In this document: piece by piece, positions 10,270 through 19,608 of the stretch | How the letters are laid out: every line of letters starts with the position of its first letter | Numbering within the stretch: position 1 is the stretch's first letter | Assembly (NCBI GenBank): GCA_938004395.1 | Contig: CALKWC010000245.1 | Location: 1 to 50,013, forward strand | DNA from: an uncultured Marinilabiliales bacterium | GTDB taxonomy: Bacteria > Bacteroidota > Bacteroidia > Bacteroidales > BM523 | Direction: 5' to 3' | Length of the DNA stretch: 50,013 bases | Notes under the pieces: model-generated | The model's input: the letters and a program-made list of their open reading frames with translations, nothing else | Told to the model about the DNA's origin: nothing | The model's database searches: none | Translations under genes and position numbers: made by a program

Positions 10270-11262
10270 TTATAAACCTAATTTTTTGGAAATTTCAAGC
10301 ATCCTAACAATTGGAATTTCAGCTTTTTTCCGAAGTTCCTCTTTCATCCTGATTTCAGGTAATTCAAATTTCATGCAAGTATACAATTTCTCTATTGTAT
10401 TCAATTTCATATAATTACAATCATTACAGCCACATGAAGAATCCTTTGGAGGAGCTGCAATAAATTCTTTTTCCGGATTTGCTTTCTTCATTTGATGGAG
10501 TATACCTGATTCTGTAGCAACAATAAACTTCTTAGATGAATCCTTTCCGGAAAATTTTAACAATGAAGCAGTTGAACCTACATGATCTGCAACCATTAAA
10601 ACAGGTTTTTCACATTCAGGATGTGCAATAATTTTAGCATCCGGATGTTGCTTTTTTAACTCCATAATTCTTTCCAAGGAAAACTCTTCATGCACATGAC
10701 AGGCGCCATCCCATAAAATCATTTCTCTGCCCGTAATACTATTAATATAATTACCCAAATTCCTGTCTGGTGCAAAAATGATTTTTTCATTTTTTGGCAA
10801 ACTATTCACAATTTGTACAGCATTTGTTGATGTACAGCAAATATCTGTCAGAGCTTTAATTTCAGCAGTTGTATTTACGTATGAAATAACAGTATGATCC
10901 GGATAATTTTGTTTAAATTTTTTAAATTCTTCCGCCGGAGCTGAATCTGCCAGAGAACAGCCTGCTTTGGCATCTGGTAAAAGAACTTTTTTCTCAGGAG
11001 AAAGAATTTTAGCCGTTTCAGCCATGAAATGAACACCTGCAAAAACTATGATATCTGCTTTTGTTTCTGCTGCAACTTGTGATAACTGAAGACTATCTCC
11101 AATAAAATCCGCAATATCTTGAATTTCAACTTTTTGGTAGTAATGCCCTAGTATTACAGCATTCTTTTGTTTGCGCAATGTATGAATTTCTTCAATAATA
11201 TCAATACCACCATCTATTTGATGGTTTATATAACCTAATTTTTCAATGTCTTCTTCAAACAT
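10270..11262 (-). CDS. nadA: Quinolinate synthase A
   Basis: The 330-aa protein contains ILGHYYQ...[30 protein letters not shown] and conserved Cys residues (CSLA, CCTST, GACHVHE). Confidence 0.9.
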   Translation of the reverse strand: MFEEDIEKLGYINHQIDGGIDIIEEIHTLRKQKNAVILGHYYQKVEIQDIADFIGDSLQLSQVAAETKADIIVFAGVHFMAETAKILSPEKKVLLPDAKAGCSLADSAPAEEFKKFKQNYPDHTVISYVNTTAEIKALTDICCTSTNAVQIVNSLPKNEKIIFAPDRNLGNYINSITGREMILWDGACHVHEEFSLERIMELKKQHPDAKIIAHPECEKPVLMVADHVGSTASLLKFSGKDSSKKFIVATESGILHQMKKANPEKEFIAAPPKDSSCGCNDCNYMKLNTIEKLYTCMKFELPEIRMKEELRKKAEIPIVRMLEISKKLGL

Positions 11263-11848
11263 TATAATTATATATTTATTTAAAATTAATTTATCTAATA
11301 ATAATAATAATATACTGTTAATATGGTCAGCAATTTTTAACGAAGTTATTTGATTTTTTCGATATTAAGAAAATCTGCTAGTGATTTAAACAGCATAGTT
11401 AATAGTTATTGTTTGATTTACAGTTTTATATTAAGTCTATTAACATGTTGTTAATAGAGTTTGAATGAGTAAAAAGATTATTGAATAAAGCATAATCACG
11501 GTTAGTTTCTTGTTAAGTTTTTGCAGAATTTTTATGAAAGAAATATTTGGAAAGAATATCTATTACTTTCTATACAATATTTACATAAAAATAAAAGCAA
11601 TAATTATAAAAATTAAGAATAAGAAATGAACATGAGTATTAACGTTTATTAAATAAAAATTAGCAAGTATTGTTTGTAAAATCTGTAATGAATTGAAAAT
11701 ACAGAAACTAGTAAAAACTTGTTAATATTAATGGATTGATAATCAAGTATAGCAATTATTATATAATAAAATATTAACCGTAATTATTGAGAATTTTATA
11801 TCAAAATATTTGGTAAAATTCAATTGATTGAGCACCAAAAAAATGAGA

Positions 11849-12469
11849 TCATTGTTCTATGTAAAATTTAGAATTTTCATCAAAGGAACCAATCACTTTG
11901 AATTCTGTTCTTCTGTTTAATGCTCTGCCATCAGGATTGTCTTTTCCGTTAGGTAATTTATTGGGAGCAATAGGTTGTGTTTCGCCATATCCTTTAGCTT
12001 GTAAACGTTTTTTATCAATACCTTTACGAATTAGGTATTCAACTACACTTTCAGCTCTTTTTTGCGATAATTTCATATTGTAATCATCATTTCCTTTAGC
12101 GTCGGTATGAGCACTTATTTCTACAATAAGGTCCGGCATTTCATTTAAGATGAACAACAAAGTTGTATCTAATGTTGCTTTTGCAGACTGGGTAAGGTTC
12201 GATTTATCATATTGGTAATATATATTTGATAGTCGAATTGCTTTTTTAGGTATGATCTTAAGTCCTACAGGTAAAGTGGTTTGTTCAGCTTTTAAATCCT
12301 TAATATTTTTTGTATTGTACAGGAATTTTTCGCTAAAATATCCATCTTTTTTAACGGTTATTTTATAATCAGATTTGTTTTCAAGATCAAAAGAGTAATA
12401 TCCTTTTTCATCAGTGGTATCTGTTCCGGCAAGAATAGGTTCATCTAACTCTTTGGTGACAAGATATAG
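11849..12469 (-). CDS. C-terminal segment of an interrupted OmpA-family protein (CarboxypepD_reg-like beta-sandwich plus OmpA/MotB peptidoglycan-binding domain)
   Basis: It is in the same frame as 12470-13918 and is open directly after the TAA. The translation is LYLVTKELDEPILAGTDTTDEKGYYSFDLE...IRLSNIYYQYDKSNLTQSAKATLDTTLLFILNEMPDLIVEISAHTDAKGNDDYNMKLSQKRAESVVEYL...NRRTEFKV. The ORF-track Met at 12160 lies inside the OmpA domain. Confidence 0.8.
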   Translation of the reverse strand, partial: LYLVTKELDEPILAGTDTTDEKGYYSFDLENKSDYKITVKKDGYFSEKFLYNTKNIKDLKAEQTTLPVGLKIIPKKAIRLSNIYYQYDKSNLTQSAKATLDTTLLFILNEMPDLIVEISAHTDAKGNDDYNMKLSQKRAESVVEYLIRKGIDKKRLQAKGYGETQPIAPNKLPNGKDNPDGRALNRRTEFKVIGSFDENSKFYIEQ

Positions 12470-13918
12470 TTACACAATTTTTTTATGTAATATATTCTTG
12501 TTGATATAATCTTTGTTTATTTTCAGTTTGTCGGTGTTTTCTTCTTTAATTTCATAAACGATGCCATTGAACTTTATTTCTACTCTGTCTTTATACAATA
12601 CGCTATATAAATCGTCACAACAAGTTTCGTTTTGTAAAGGAGTACCACCAGGTCTGTTGGATGTAAAATATGCAGTAGTTTTATCCTTTGTGATGGTATA
12701 ATCTAAATCATCTGTAAAAGAATTTACTGGGAATCCTATATTTACTGGTTTTAACCATTTTCTTTGTTCACCTGTTGTTCTGAAAATATCAAATCCTCCC
12801 ATTCCTGGCAAACCATTGGAACTATAATATAATTTTCTGTCAGAATTGCTGTAATAAGGAGTTATTTCGTCTTTTTCAGTGTTTATTTTTCTTCCTGCAT
12901 TTTTTGGTTTAGAGAAACTTTCTTTTTTAGGATCATATTCTGAATACCAAATATCCAATCCACCTCTTCCTTTGGCTCTGTCTGAAATGAAATAAATGAT
13001 TTCTCTACCTCTCTTAGATTCTTTTCCAACTGTAGGTTGAGTATTGGAAAAAATAGGATCATTAATTACAGGCACTTCTTCTGGTTCCTGCCATTTTTTT
13101 GAAGAATCTTTTTCACTGACAAAAATTTTACAGTGCATTTTCATATTTTTTTCTGTGCACCGTGTAAAATAGAAGCGTTTACCATTTGGAGAAAAAGATC
13201 CATTACCTGTATTGTATACATCACTGTTAAAAGGACCATCGAACTCTTTGGCAAATTTCCAATCTTGTCCTTGTTTTTTAGCTACATAAAATTTTCTCTT
13301 AGGTTTTTGTTCATCTTTTGAATAATAATTGACCTTATCTTCTCTCAATGCACCAAAAATAAGAGTGTTATCATTATAAATAATAGGATTAAATTCTATG
13401 TGAGCTTTGTTAATACTAGGATTAAAATGTTCAATTTCTACGTCCATTGAATCTTTTCTAAGCTTTTGTGCATACTCCAGGCTTTCTATTTCTTCTTTTA
13501 TTGTCTTTCTTAGTTCTCTTCCTTTGTACCGTTTTTTAAATATTTCAAAATACTCCATGGCCTTATCATAATCACCGGTCATCTTAAGCATTTTGGCATA
13601 ATAGAACAGACATTCAATATATCTTGGATCACTCATGTAACAACGCAAATAGTAATCACGTGCTTTTTCATAATTACGCGATTTCATATACAGTTTTGCC
13701 AGCTTATGAGCAACTTCTATTTTTTCCATTTTAATCATGTAATATCTATGGTAGTATTCTATTGCACCATAAATATCACCAGCTTTTTCATAGTTTTTTC
13801 CAAACTTTAAAAGCTTATTGGGTTTAAGGTTATCAATATTGGGATCGGGCTGAGCACAAAGAATAAATGCAAACAGCATCAATGGAAAAACTAATATGAT
13901 TCTATTAATACCTTTCAC
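12470..13918 (-). CDS. N-terminal segment of the same OmpA-family gene (signal peptide, TPR repeats, TolB-like beta-propeller repeats). It ends at the in-frame TAA at 12470-12472.
   Basis: TPR-like helices are present (AGDIYGAIEYYHRY..., ARDYYLRCY..., GDYDKAMEYF). TolB/WD40-like repeats are present (SFSPNGKRFYFTR, IYFISDRAKGRGGLDIWYS, LYYSSNGLPGMGGFDIFRT, AYFTSNRPGG). The likely start is the GTG at 13918 (VKGINRIILVFPLMLFAFILCAQ), with the ATG at 13879 as an alternative. Confidence 0.8.
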   Translation of the reverse strand: MKGINRIILVFPLMLFAFILCAQPDPNIDNLKPNKLLKFGKNYEKAGDIYGAIEYYHRYYMIKMEKIEVAHKLAKLYMKSRNYEKARDYYLRCYMSDPRYIECLFYYAKMLKMTGDYDKAMEYFEIFKKRYKGRELRKTIKEEIESLEYAQKLRKDSMDVEIEHFNPSINKAHIEFNPIIYNDNTLIFGALREDKVNYYSKDEQKPKRKFYVAKKQGQDWKFAKEFDGPFNSDVYNTGNGSFSPNGKRFYFTRCTEKNMKMHCKIFVSEKDSSKKWQEPEEVPVINDPIFSNTQPTVGKESKRGREIIYFISDRAKGRGGLDIWYSEYDPKKESFSKPKNAGRKINTEKDEITPYYSNSDRKLYYSSNGLPGMGGFDIFRTTGEQRKWLKPVNIGFPVNSFTDDLDYTITKDKTTAYFTSNRPGGTPLQNETCCDDLYSVLYKDRVEIKFNGIVYEIKEENTDKLKINKDYINKNILHKKIV

Positions 13919-14915
13919 AAGGAATTGAAGTTTTATATACTTTGGTACTTTCTTGCGTATAAATGATTGAAAATTCAAATGCTCCCCTATAATTGGTTGC
14001 TTGTTTTAATGATGAAATATTAACATCATAACTTATACCTACTTGAAAGTTTTTAATTTCAAAACCTGCAACGATAACCGCTGCATCACGGTTATTGATA
14101 AAATCGCCTCTGAAATATGGTCCCAGGTAAACGTAATCAATTAGGTCAACAGGAACCAAACTTTTTGCTCTAACACCAATTAAAAGATCTGAGGCTCCGG
14201 AATGACTCATGTAAAGAATTCCGGGTATAAAGTGTATTTTACCATTGAAGTCATAATCAACACCCACATTAACAACACTTCTAACAGGTAATACATTATC
14301 AAAACCAAAGGATTCCTGCGGCTTATTAATATGAAAAAATGCCAAGCCAGCAAAAGGTTTAAGTGAATTGAAATCAGCCTGCCAACCCAAACCAAAATTC
14401 AAATCGAAATATGAAGTTTTATCTCCCAAGCCTGTTTCGCCATTATTTAACTGGTTATCAAAAAAACCTGTTTCGTAGTTGTATTGATTCGGAAACGTAA
14501 GTGCATCTATATTGTAAGATTTTGAAACAATACCAGCCTGTAATCCGGCATGAATATACTGGTTGTTCCACTTTTTATGATATGCAAATGAAGCATGAAC
14601 TTTGGTAACGCTTAATCTGGAATCTCCTGAATGATCACTGATAAATTGTAATCCCGCTCCCAAATTATTGTTTCTATAAGATAGTGGAGCATCAAATCCC
14701 ACACCAACAGTTTCGTATGGTACTTTTATGAAATCCCACTGACGCCTGTAGTTGTTGATTAATCTCCAGTTTCCATCATAATCTCCAGTAGTGGAAGGAT
14801 TCAAAGTAAGGGGTGAATTGAAAAACTGCGAAAAATGAATATCCTGAGCAATTACAGATTTGCTCATTATCAACACAATAATAAATGAAAATACTATTTT
14901 TGTATTAAAACGCAA
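13905..14915 (-). CDS. T9SS membrane protein of the PorP/SprF family
   Basis: The N-terminus MRFNTKIVFSFIIVLIMSKSVIAQDIHFSQFFNSPLTLNPSTTG is the PorP/SprF signature. The rest has beta-barrel-like alternating composition. It sits next to type-B cargo. The start codon is TTG. Confidence 0.85.
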   Translation of the reverse strand: MRFNTKIVFSFIIVLIMSKSVIAQDIHFSQFFNSPLTLNPSTTGDYDGNWRLINNYRRQWDFIKVPYETVGVGFDAPLSYRNNNLGAGLQFISDHSGDSRLSVTKVHASFAYHKKWNNQYIHAGLQAGIVSKSYNIDALTFPNQYNYETGFFDNQLNNGETGLGDKTSYFDLNFGLGWQADFNSLKPFAGLAFFHINKPQESFGFDNVLPVRSVVNVGVDYDFNGKIHFIPGILYMSHSGASDLLIGVRAKSLVPVDLIDYVYLGPYFRGDFINNRDAAVIVAGFEIKNFQVGISYDVNISSLKQATNYRGAFEFSIIYTQESTKVYKTSIPCERY

Positions 14916-14995
14916 TTTGTATTAGTTTTGAAACAAATATATATATTTTTTTATAAATCAATACAATAGCCAAATTATATACTCACATCGGGAAT

Positions 14996-17362
14996 ATGAA
15001 ATCAATATTTAAATTATTTTTTGTTGTATTTATTATAGGTACTGCAGTTAATGGTTATTCGCAGTTAACTGCAGATTTTGAAGCTGATACACTCCAGGGA
15101 TGCAGTCCTTTAATTGTTGGTTTTTCCGATCTATCAACCGGTGCAATCAGTTCATGGACCTGGGATCTTGGAAATGGAAATACCTCTGTATATCAAAATG
15201 TACAGGCAGTTTATTCCCAGCCAGGTGATTATATTGTATCATTAACTGTAAGCGATGGTACAAATTCTGCTACAAAATCTGTTACTATTAGGGTTTTCTC
15301 TAATCCCATAGCACAATATACTTCTGTAGATACTGCCGGTTGTATTCCTTTTTCAACACAATTTCAGGATATTTCAGTAATTGATTCGCAGTACGGAGCT
15401 GGAATTGAAGAATGGACCTGGGATTTTGGCGATTGTTTTTCTTCTGTTTCTTCAGCGCCAATTCATGAGTATTCAAATAATGGTAATTATACGGTTTCAT
15501 TGAGTGTGATTGACTCGAATAAATGCGAAGATTCTTATTATGTAAGTAATTATATGCAAACAGTAAATCCTCCAAATGCCTATTTTTACGGAAATAATAC
15601 TTACACATGTGGAAATACACTAACAGTTATTTTTTCAAATTTATCATCAGGTGCAAATCCTACTTTTGAATGGAATTATGGCGATGGAACTATAGAATCT
15701 TCTACCGGAAATGGTAATCATGCATACAATGGACAAGGAATCTATGATGTTAGCCTTGTTGCTACCGATCAGTTTGGTTGTACAGATACAATGATCCGGG
15801 AGGATTATATTCAGCTTACAACCCTTGCACCTGAATTTACACTTGAAAATGATACCATTTGTTTGGGTGATCCTATCCCTTTTGTCAGTACGCCGGTGGG
15901 TACTTCTATGCACTGGGATTTTGGTGATGGAAATACATCTAATCTTGGATTACCGAATCATATCTATGCAGATACAGGATCATATACAATAATGCTTGTT
16001 GTAACAGATGTGACAGGTTCATGTGTGGATAGTGTGGAAAAGGAAGTATACGTGGAGAATATTCTTTCTTCTTTTACTATGGATGTAGATCATGGTTGTG
16101 ATAGCTTATTGGTAAGTTTTACGGATGCTTCAGTTAATGCTTCAGAGTGGCAATGGAACTTCGGTGATGGTTCGTTTTCTGACGTTCAGAATCCTCAACA
16201 TCTGTTTGTGGAGGAAGGAAACTATCAGGTAGAGCTCACAGCTTTTACCAGTAATGGTTGTTCAAATACTTTTACCGATAATGTTGAAATTGTATATCCT
16301 ATTGCTGATTTTAATGCAGATCCTGTGCGTTTATGTATAAATAACCCGGTTTCTTTCACTGATCTTAGCAGCTCAACTGATCCTATTATTGAGTGGCATT
16401 GGAATTTTGGTGATGGAAACATATCTACCGAGCAACATCCGGAATATACTTACACTACAGATGGTGATTTTGATGTTGTGCTCACCATTATTAACCAGGA
16501 AGGTTGTTCGCAAACAGATACAATGCTTGTAGAAGTTGGTTTTGAGCAAATACCAGCATTTCAGGAAGCAACAACAGACTCTTGTGCATCATATGCGTTT
16601 GAATTCGAGGATCTATCAACAGATACTTTGTTAATTGATGAGTGGAACTGGATGTTTGGTGATGGTGGAACTTCTGTAGAACAAGACGCTAGTCACCAGT
16701 TTACCGATACTACTGGATATTTTGATGTAATGCTATCTGTGGGTTACAATGGTTGTTTCTCAGATACATTATTAGATTCGGTTTTTGTAATGGGGCCTAT
16801 TGCCGATATTGATACGGTTAATTTCAGATGCGATCAACAAGGATACACTCCCAATGAGTTTGTATGGAATTTTTCTATTCATATTATTGAAGGCGATAGC
16901 CTTGTAATGTATTTTGGCGATGGCGATAGCCTGAATGTTGCTTTTACAGATACGGTTTACACAGATACTATTACACATATTTTTGAAACAACGGGTAATT
17001 TTCCGGTTGAGCTTATTGCTTTTAATGATACCAATATGTGTGACTTTCCAACCGTGTTTACAGCTCAGGTTAGAGATATTGAAGCAGATTATGGCTTAAC
17101 AGATACTTTACCCTGTTATAATGAGACTATTGTTTTAAATGCATTGGATGCATTGAATTCATCACAGCATGCTGTAGAATATGAATGGTTTTGTACAAAT
17201 CCTGCAGATGTTACTCAGCTTATTGGGGAAGAAGATACTATTACATACGTTTTTGGACCACAAAGAGGAGATTATTATCTGAAATTAATTGCTGAGGATG
17301 TAAATGGATGTGTGGATTCTATAACAAAGCACATAAGATCATATAAACCAATTGCAAGGTAA
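14996..17362 (+). CDS. N-terminal segment of a multi-PKD-domain T9SS cargo adhesin (signal peptide plus about 8 PKD-like repeats). It ends at the in-frame TAA at 17360-17362.
   Basis: The signal peptide is MKSIFKLFFVVFIIGTAVNGYSQ. PKD signatures recur (W.WDFGDG.TS...NP.H.Y...G.Y.V.L), for example WTWDLGNGNTS, WTWDFGDCFSS, WQWNFGDGSFS, WHWNFGDGNIS. Confidence 0.85.
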   Translation: MKSIFKLFFVVFIIGTAVNGYSQLTADFEADTLQGCSPLIVGFSDLSTGAISSWTWDLGNGNTSVYQNVQAVYSQPGDYIVSLTVSDGTNSATKSVTIRVFSNPIAQYTSVDTAGCIPFSTQFQDISVIDSQYGAGIEEWTWDFGDCFSSVSSAPIHEYSNNGNYTVSLSVIDSNKCEDSYYVSNYMQTVNPPNAYFYGNNTYTCGNTLTVIFSNLSSGANPTFEWNYGDGTIESSTGNGNHAYNGQGIYDVSLVATDQFGCTDTMIREDYIQLTTLAPEFTLENDTICLGDPIPFVSTPVGTSMHWDFGDGNTSNLGLPNHIYADTGSYTIMLVVTDVTGSCVDSVEKEVYVENILSSFTMDVDHGCDSLLVSFTDASVNASEWQWNFGDGSFSDVQNPQHLFVEEGNYQVELTAFTSNGCSNTFTDNVEIVYPIADFNADPVRLCINNPVSFTDLSSSTDPIIEWHWNFGDGNISTEQHPEYTYTTDGDFDVVLTIINQEGCSQTDTMLVEVGFEQIPAFQEATTDSCASYAFEFEDLSTDTLLIDEWNWMFGDGGTSVEQDASHQFTDTTGYFDVMLSVGYNGCFSDTLLDSVFVMGPIADIDTVNFRCDQQGYTPNEFVWNFSIHIIEGDSLVMYFGDGDSLNVAFTDTVYTDTITHIFETTGNFPVELIAFNDTNMCDFPTVFTAQVRDIEADYGLTDTLPCYNETIVLNALDALNSSQHAVEYEWFCTNPADVTQLIGEEDTITYVFGPQRGDYYLKLIAEDVNGCVDSITKHIRSYKPIAR

Positions 17363-19111
17363 ATTCAGAATACAGTTTCAAGATGTTTTCCTTTTGATGT
17401 TAGTTTTACAGATACTACATGGCAAAATGGAAATAACGATACAACTCTGGCAGCCTGGATTTGGAATTTTGGTGATACATTTACAGACACGATTCAAAAT
17501 CCTGTTCATACATATAATACACAGGGTGTAATGGGTGTATCTATGCGAGTTGTGGATGTATTGGGATGTGCAGTAACTATTAGCAAACCCAATTTAATTA
17601 TTTCTCCGAAACCATATGTAAGCTTTACATTGAATGATAGTACTTTGTGTCTTGGAGATAGCGTTCAGTATACAAATGCAAGTCAAACAGTTAACGGTTA
17701 TCCTGTTGATTTTGAATGGTTTTTCGGAGATTCAAATTCAGATAATCAAAATCAGGATTCTGTCTGGCATACATATGCAGATTCAGGATACTATGATGTT
17801 ACATTGGCAGCCTATGAAACAACTTTGGGTTGTGATACAATACTTCAGTTGAATGATTTTGTTCATTATCAATCTATACCGGATGCTTATTTTGTGGCAG
17901 ATCCACCTTTTAGTAATTGCTATTATCCTCAGGCAGGTTTTACTTTTATCGATTCTACTTTACATCCATACAAAGATTCTTGGTTTTGGAGTTTTGGTGA
18001 TGGAGGAACTTCATCAGTCGATAGCAGTTCAACACATACTTATTTTGTTCCCGATACTTTTAATATTGTTATGTCTGTCACTACAACATATGGTTGTTCA
18101 GATACAGATAGCATTTCTTTGATTGTTCGTGGACCTTTGGCTGAAATAGATTATGTTGATAGCATTTGTAATGGTGTACAGGTAGATTTTCAGGTGTATG
18201 ATACTGTAAATCTAAGCTACTATTACTTTGATTTTGGTGATGGCACAGGTTACACGGGTAACGAAAATGAGTTTTCTCATATATACGATACTTATGGTGA
18301 TAAAAATACCAGTTTCTTTATTTATGCTGTTTATTCCAATGATACATGTGTGGTACCAAAAACAGCTCATCCGGTTTATGTATATCAATTAAATGCAGAT
18401 TTTATAGGTGCTGATACCATTGTTTGTGCACCATATTTTGTTGATTACGAAGATATAAGTGTTGTTGCACCCATTACTTGGGAGTGGGAATTTGGAAATG
18501 GTAATACTTCTTTCGAACAAAATCCATATACAGAGTATTTTGATCCGGGAGAATACAATGTTCGTTTGAAGGTAAGCAGTGGCGAAGGTTGTTTCGATTC
18601 AATTACAAAAGGTCTAACAGTAAGACCTCTTCCGGAAATTATTCCTTCAGATACAAATATTTTGTGTAAGGGCGAAAGTATTGGTCTGAGTATTACACCG
18701 GAAAGTGGTATTGAGTACGAGTGGAGCACCGGAAATACAGAAGCAAGTATTGAAGAAATACCTCATAACACACAGGAATATTCAGTTTCAGACCAGTATG
18801 GTTGCGAAGATGAATATATTGTGGAAGTTGATCAGGGCGTAATAGATGTGCCCACAGCTTTTAGTCCCAATGGAGATGGTGTTAATGATTATATTTATGT
18901 AGCTGCCAGAGATCTGGAGAAATTAGTTGAGTTTAAAATATTCAATCGATGGGGTGAAGTGGTTTTTTCTACTGATAATATTGATGCTGCATGGGATGGT
19001 AATTATAATGGGATGCCACAAAATCCGGATAATTATGCATTTGTAATTAAGGCGATTACAAAATGTGGAAAAGAAGTATTCAAAAAAGGATACATCACTT
19101 TGCTTCGATAA
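17363..19111 (+). CDS. C-terminal segment of the same PKD adhesin, carrying further PKD repeats and the type-B (CHU_C) T9SS sorting domain
   Basis: The same frame continues immediately after the TAA: IQNTVSRCFPFDVSFTDTTWQNGNNDTTLAAWIWNFGDTFTDTIQNPVHTYNTQG... The C-terminus is VPTAFSPNGDGVNDYIYV...KIFNRWGEVVFST...WDGNYNGMPQNPDNYAFVIKA...GYITLLR. The ORF-track Met at 17531 is internal to a PKD repeat. Confidence 0.85.
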   Translation: MQNTVSRCFPFDVSFTDTTWQNGNNDTTLAAWIWNFGDTFTDTIQNPVHTYNTQGVMGVSMRVVDVLGCAVTISKPNLIISPKPYVSFTLNDSTLCLGDSVQYTNASQTVNGYPVDFEWFFGDSNSDNQNQDSVWHTYADSGYYDVTLAAYETTLGCDTILQLNDFVHYQSIPDAYFVADPPFSNCYYPQAGFTFIDSTLHPYKDSWFWSFGDGGTSSVDSSSTHTYFVPDTFNIVMSVTTTYGCSDTDSISLIVRGPLAEIDYVDSICNGVQVDFQVYDTVNLSYYYFDFGDGTGYTGNENEFSHIYDTYGDKNTSFFIYAVYSNDTCVVPKTAHPVYVYQLNADFIGADTIVCAPYFVDYEDISVVAPITWEWEFGNGNTSFEQNPYTEYFDPGEYNVRLKVSSGEGCFDSITKGLTVRPLPEIIPSDTNILCKGESIGLSITPESGIEYEWSTGNTEASIEEIPHNTQEYSVSDQYGCEDEYIVEVDQGVIDVPTAFSPNGDGVNDYIYVAARDLEKLVEFKIFNRWGEVVFSTDNIDAAWDGNYNGMPQNPDNYAFVIKAITKCGKEVFKKGYITLLR

Positions 19112-19148
19112 ATTTAACAGCTGATCTGTAAAGTAGATGATTTATTTC

Positions 19149-19156
19149 TACTTTTG
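19149..19156 (+). promoter_or_regulatory. Candidate -7 box TACTTTTG upstream of rpiB
   Basis: It matches TAnnTTTG and lies 22 nt upstream of the ATG at 19178. Confidence 0.35.
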
Positions 19157-19177
19157 TATGGTATCAAATAATGGATT

Positions 19178-19606
19178 ATGAAAATTGCAATTGCTAGTGA
19201 TCATGCGGGGTTCGAGCTCAAAGCAAAGATAATTGATGTGTTGGTTGCCAAAGGATACAAGGTAAAAGATTATGGGCCTTTTTCAACTGATAGTGTCGAT
19301 TATCCTGATTTTGCACATCCCCTGGCTAATGATGTTGAAAAAGGAGAGTTTGATTTCGGTATTACCCTATGTGGAAGTGGAAATGGAATTAGTATGACTG
19401 CCAACAAGCATCAGGGAATTAGATCTGCCTTATGTTGGAATAAGGAAATTTCTGAATTAGCAAGATTACATAATGATGCCAATGTATGCTCAATACCAGC
19501 CAGGTTTGTCAGTCAGGAAGAAGCGCTTGAAATTGTAATGGCTTTCCTTTCTACTGGATTCGAAGGCGGCCGACACCAAAGAAGAATAGAGAAGATACCT
19601 GTATAA
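19178..19606 (+). CDS. rpiB: Ribose-5-phosphate isomerase B
   Basis: MKIAIASDHAGFELK...LCGSGNGISMTANKHQGIRSALCW...ARLHNDANV is the RpiB/LacAB signature. Confidence 0.9.
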   Translation: MKIAIASDHAGFELKAKIIDVLVAKGYKVKDYGPFSTDSVDYPDFAHPLANDVEKGEFDFGITLCGSGNGISMTANKHQGIRSALCWNKEISELARLHNDANVCSIPARFVSQEEALEIVMAFLSTGFEGGRHQRRIEKIPV

Positions 19607-19608
19607 AT

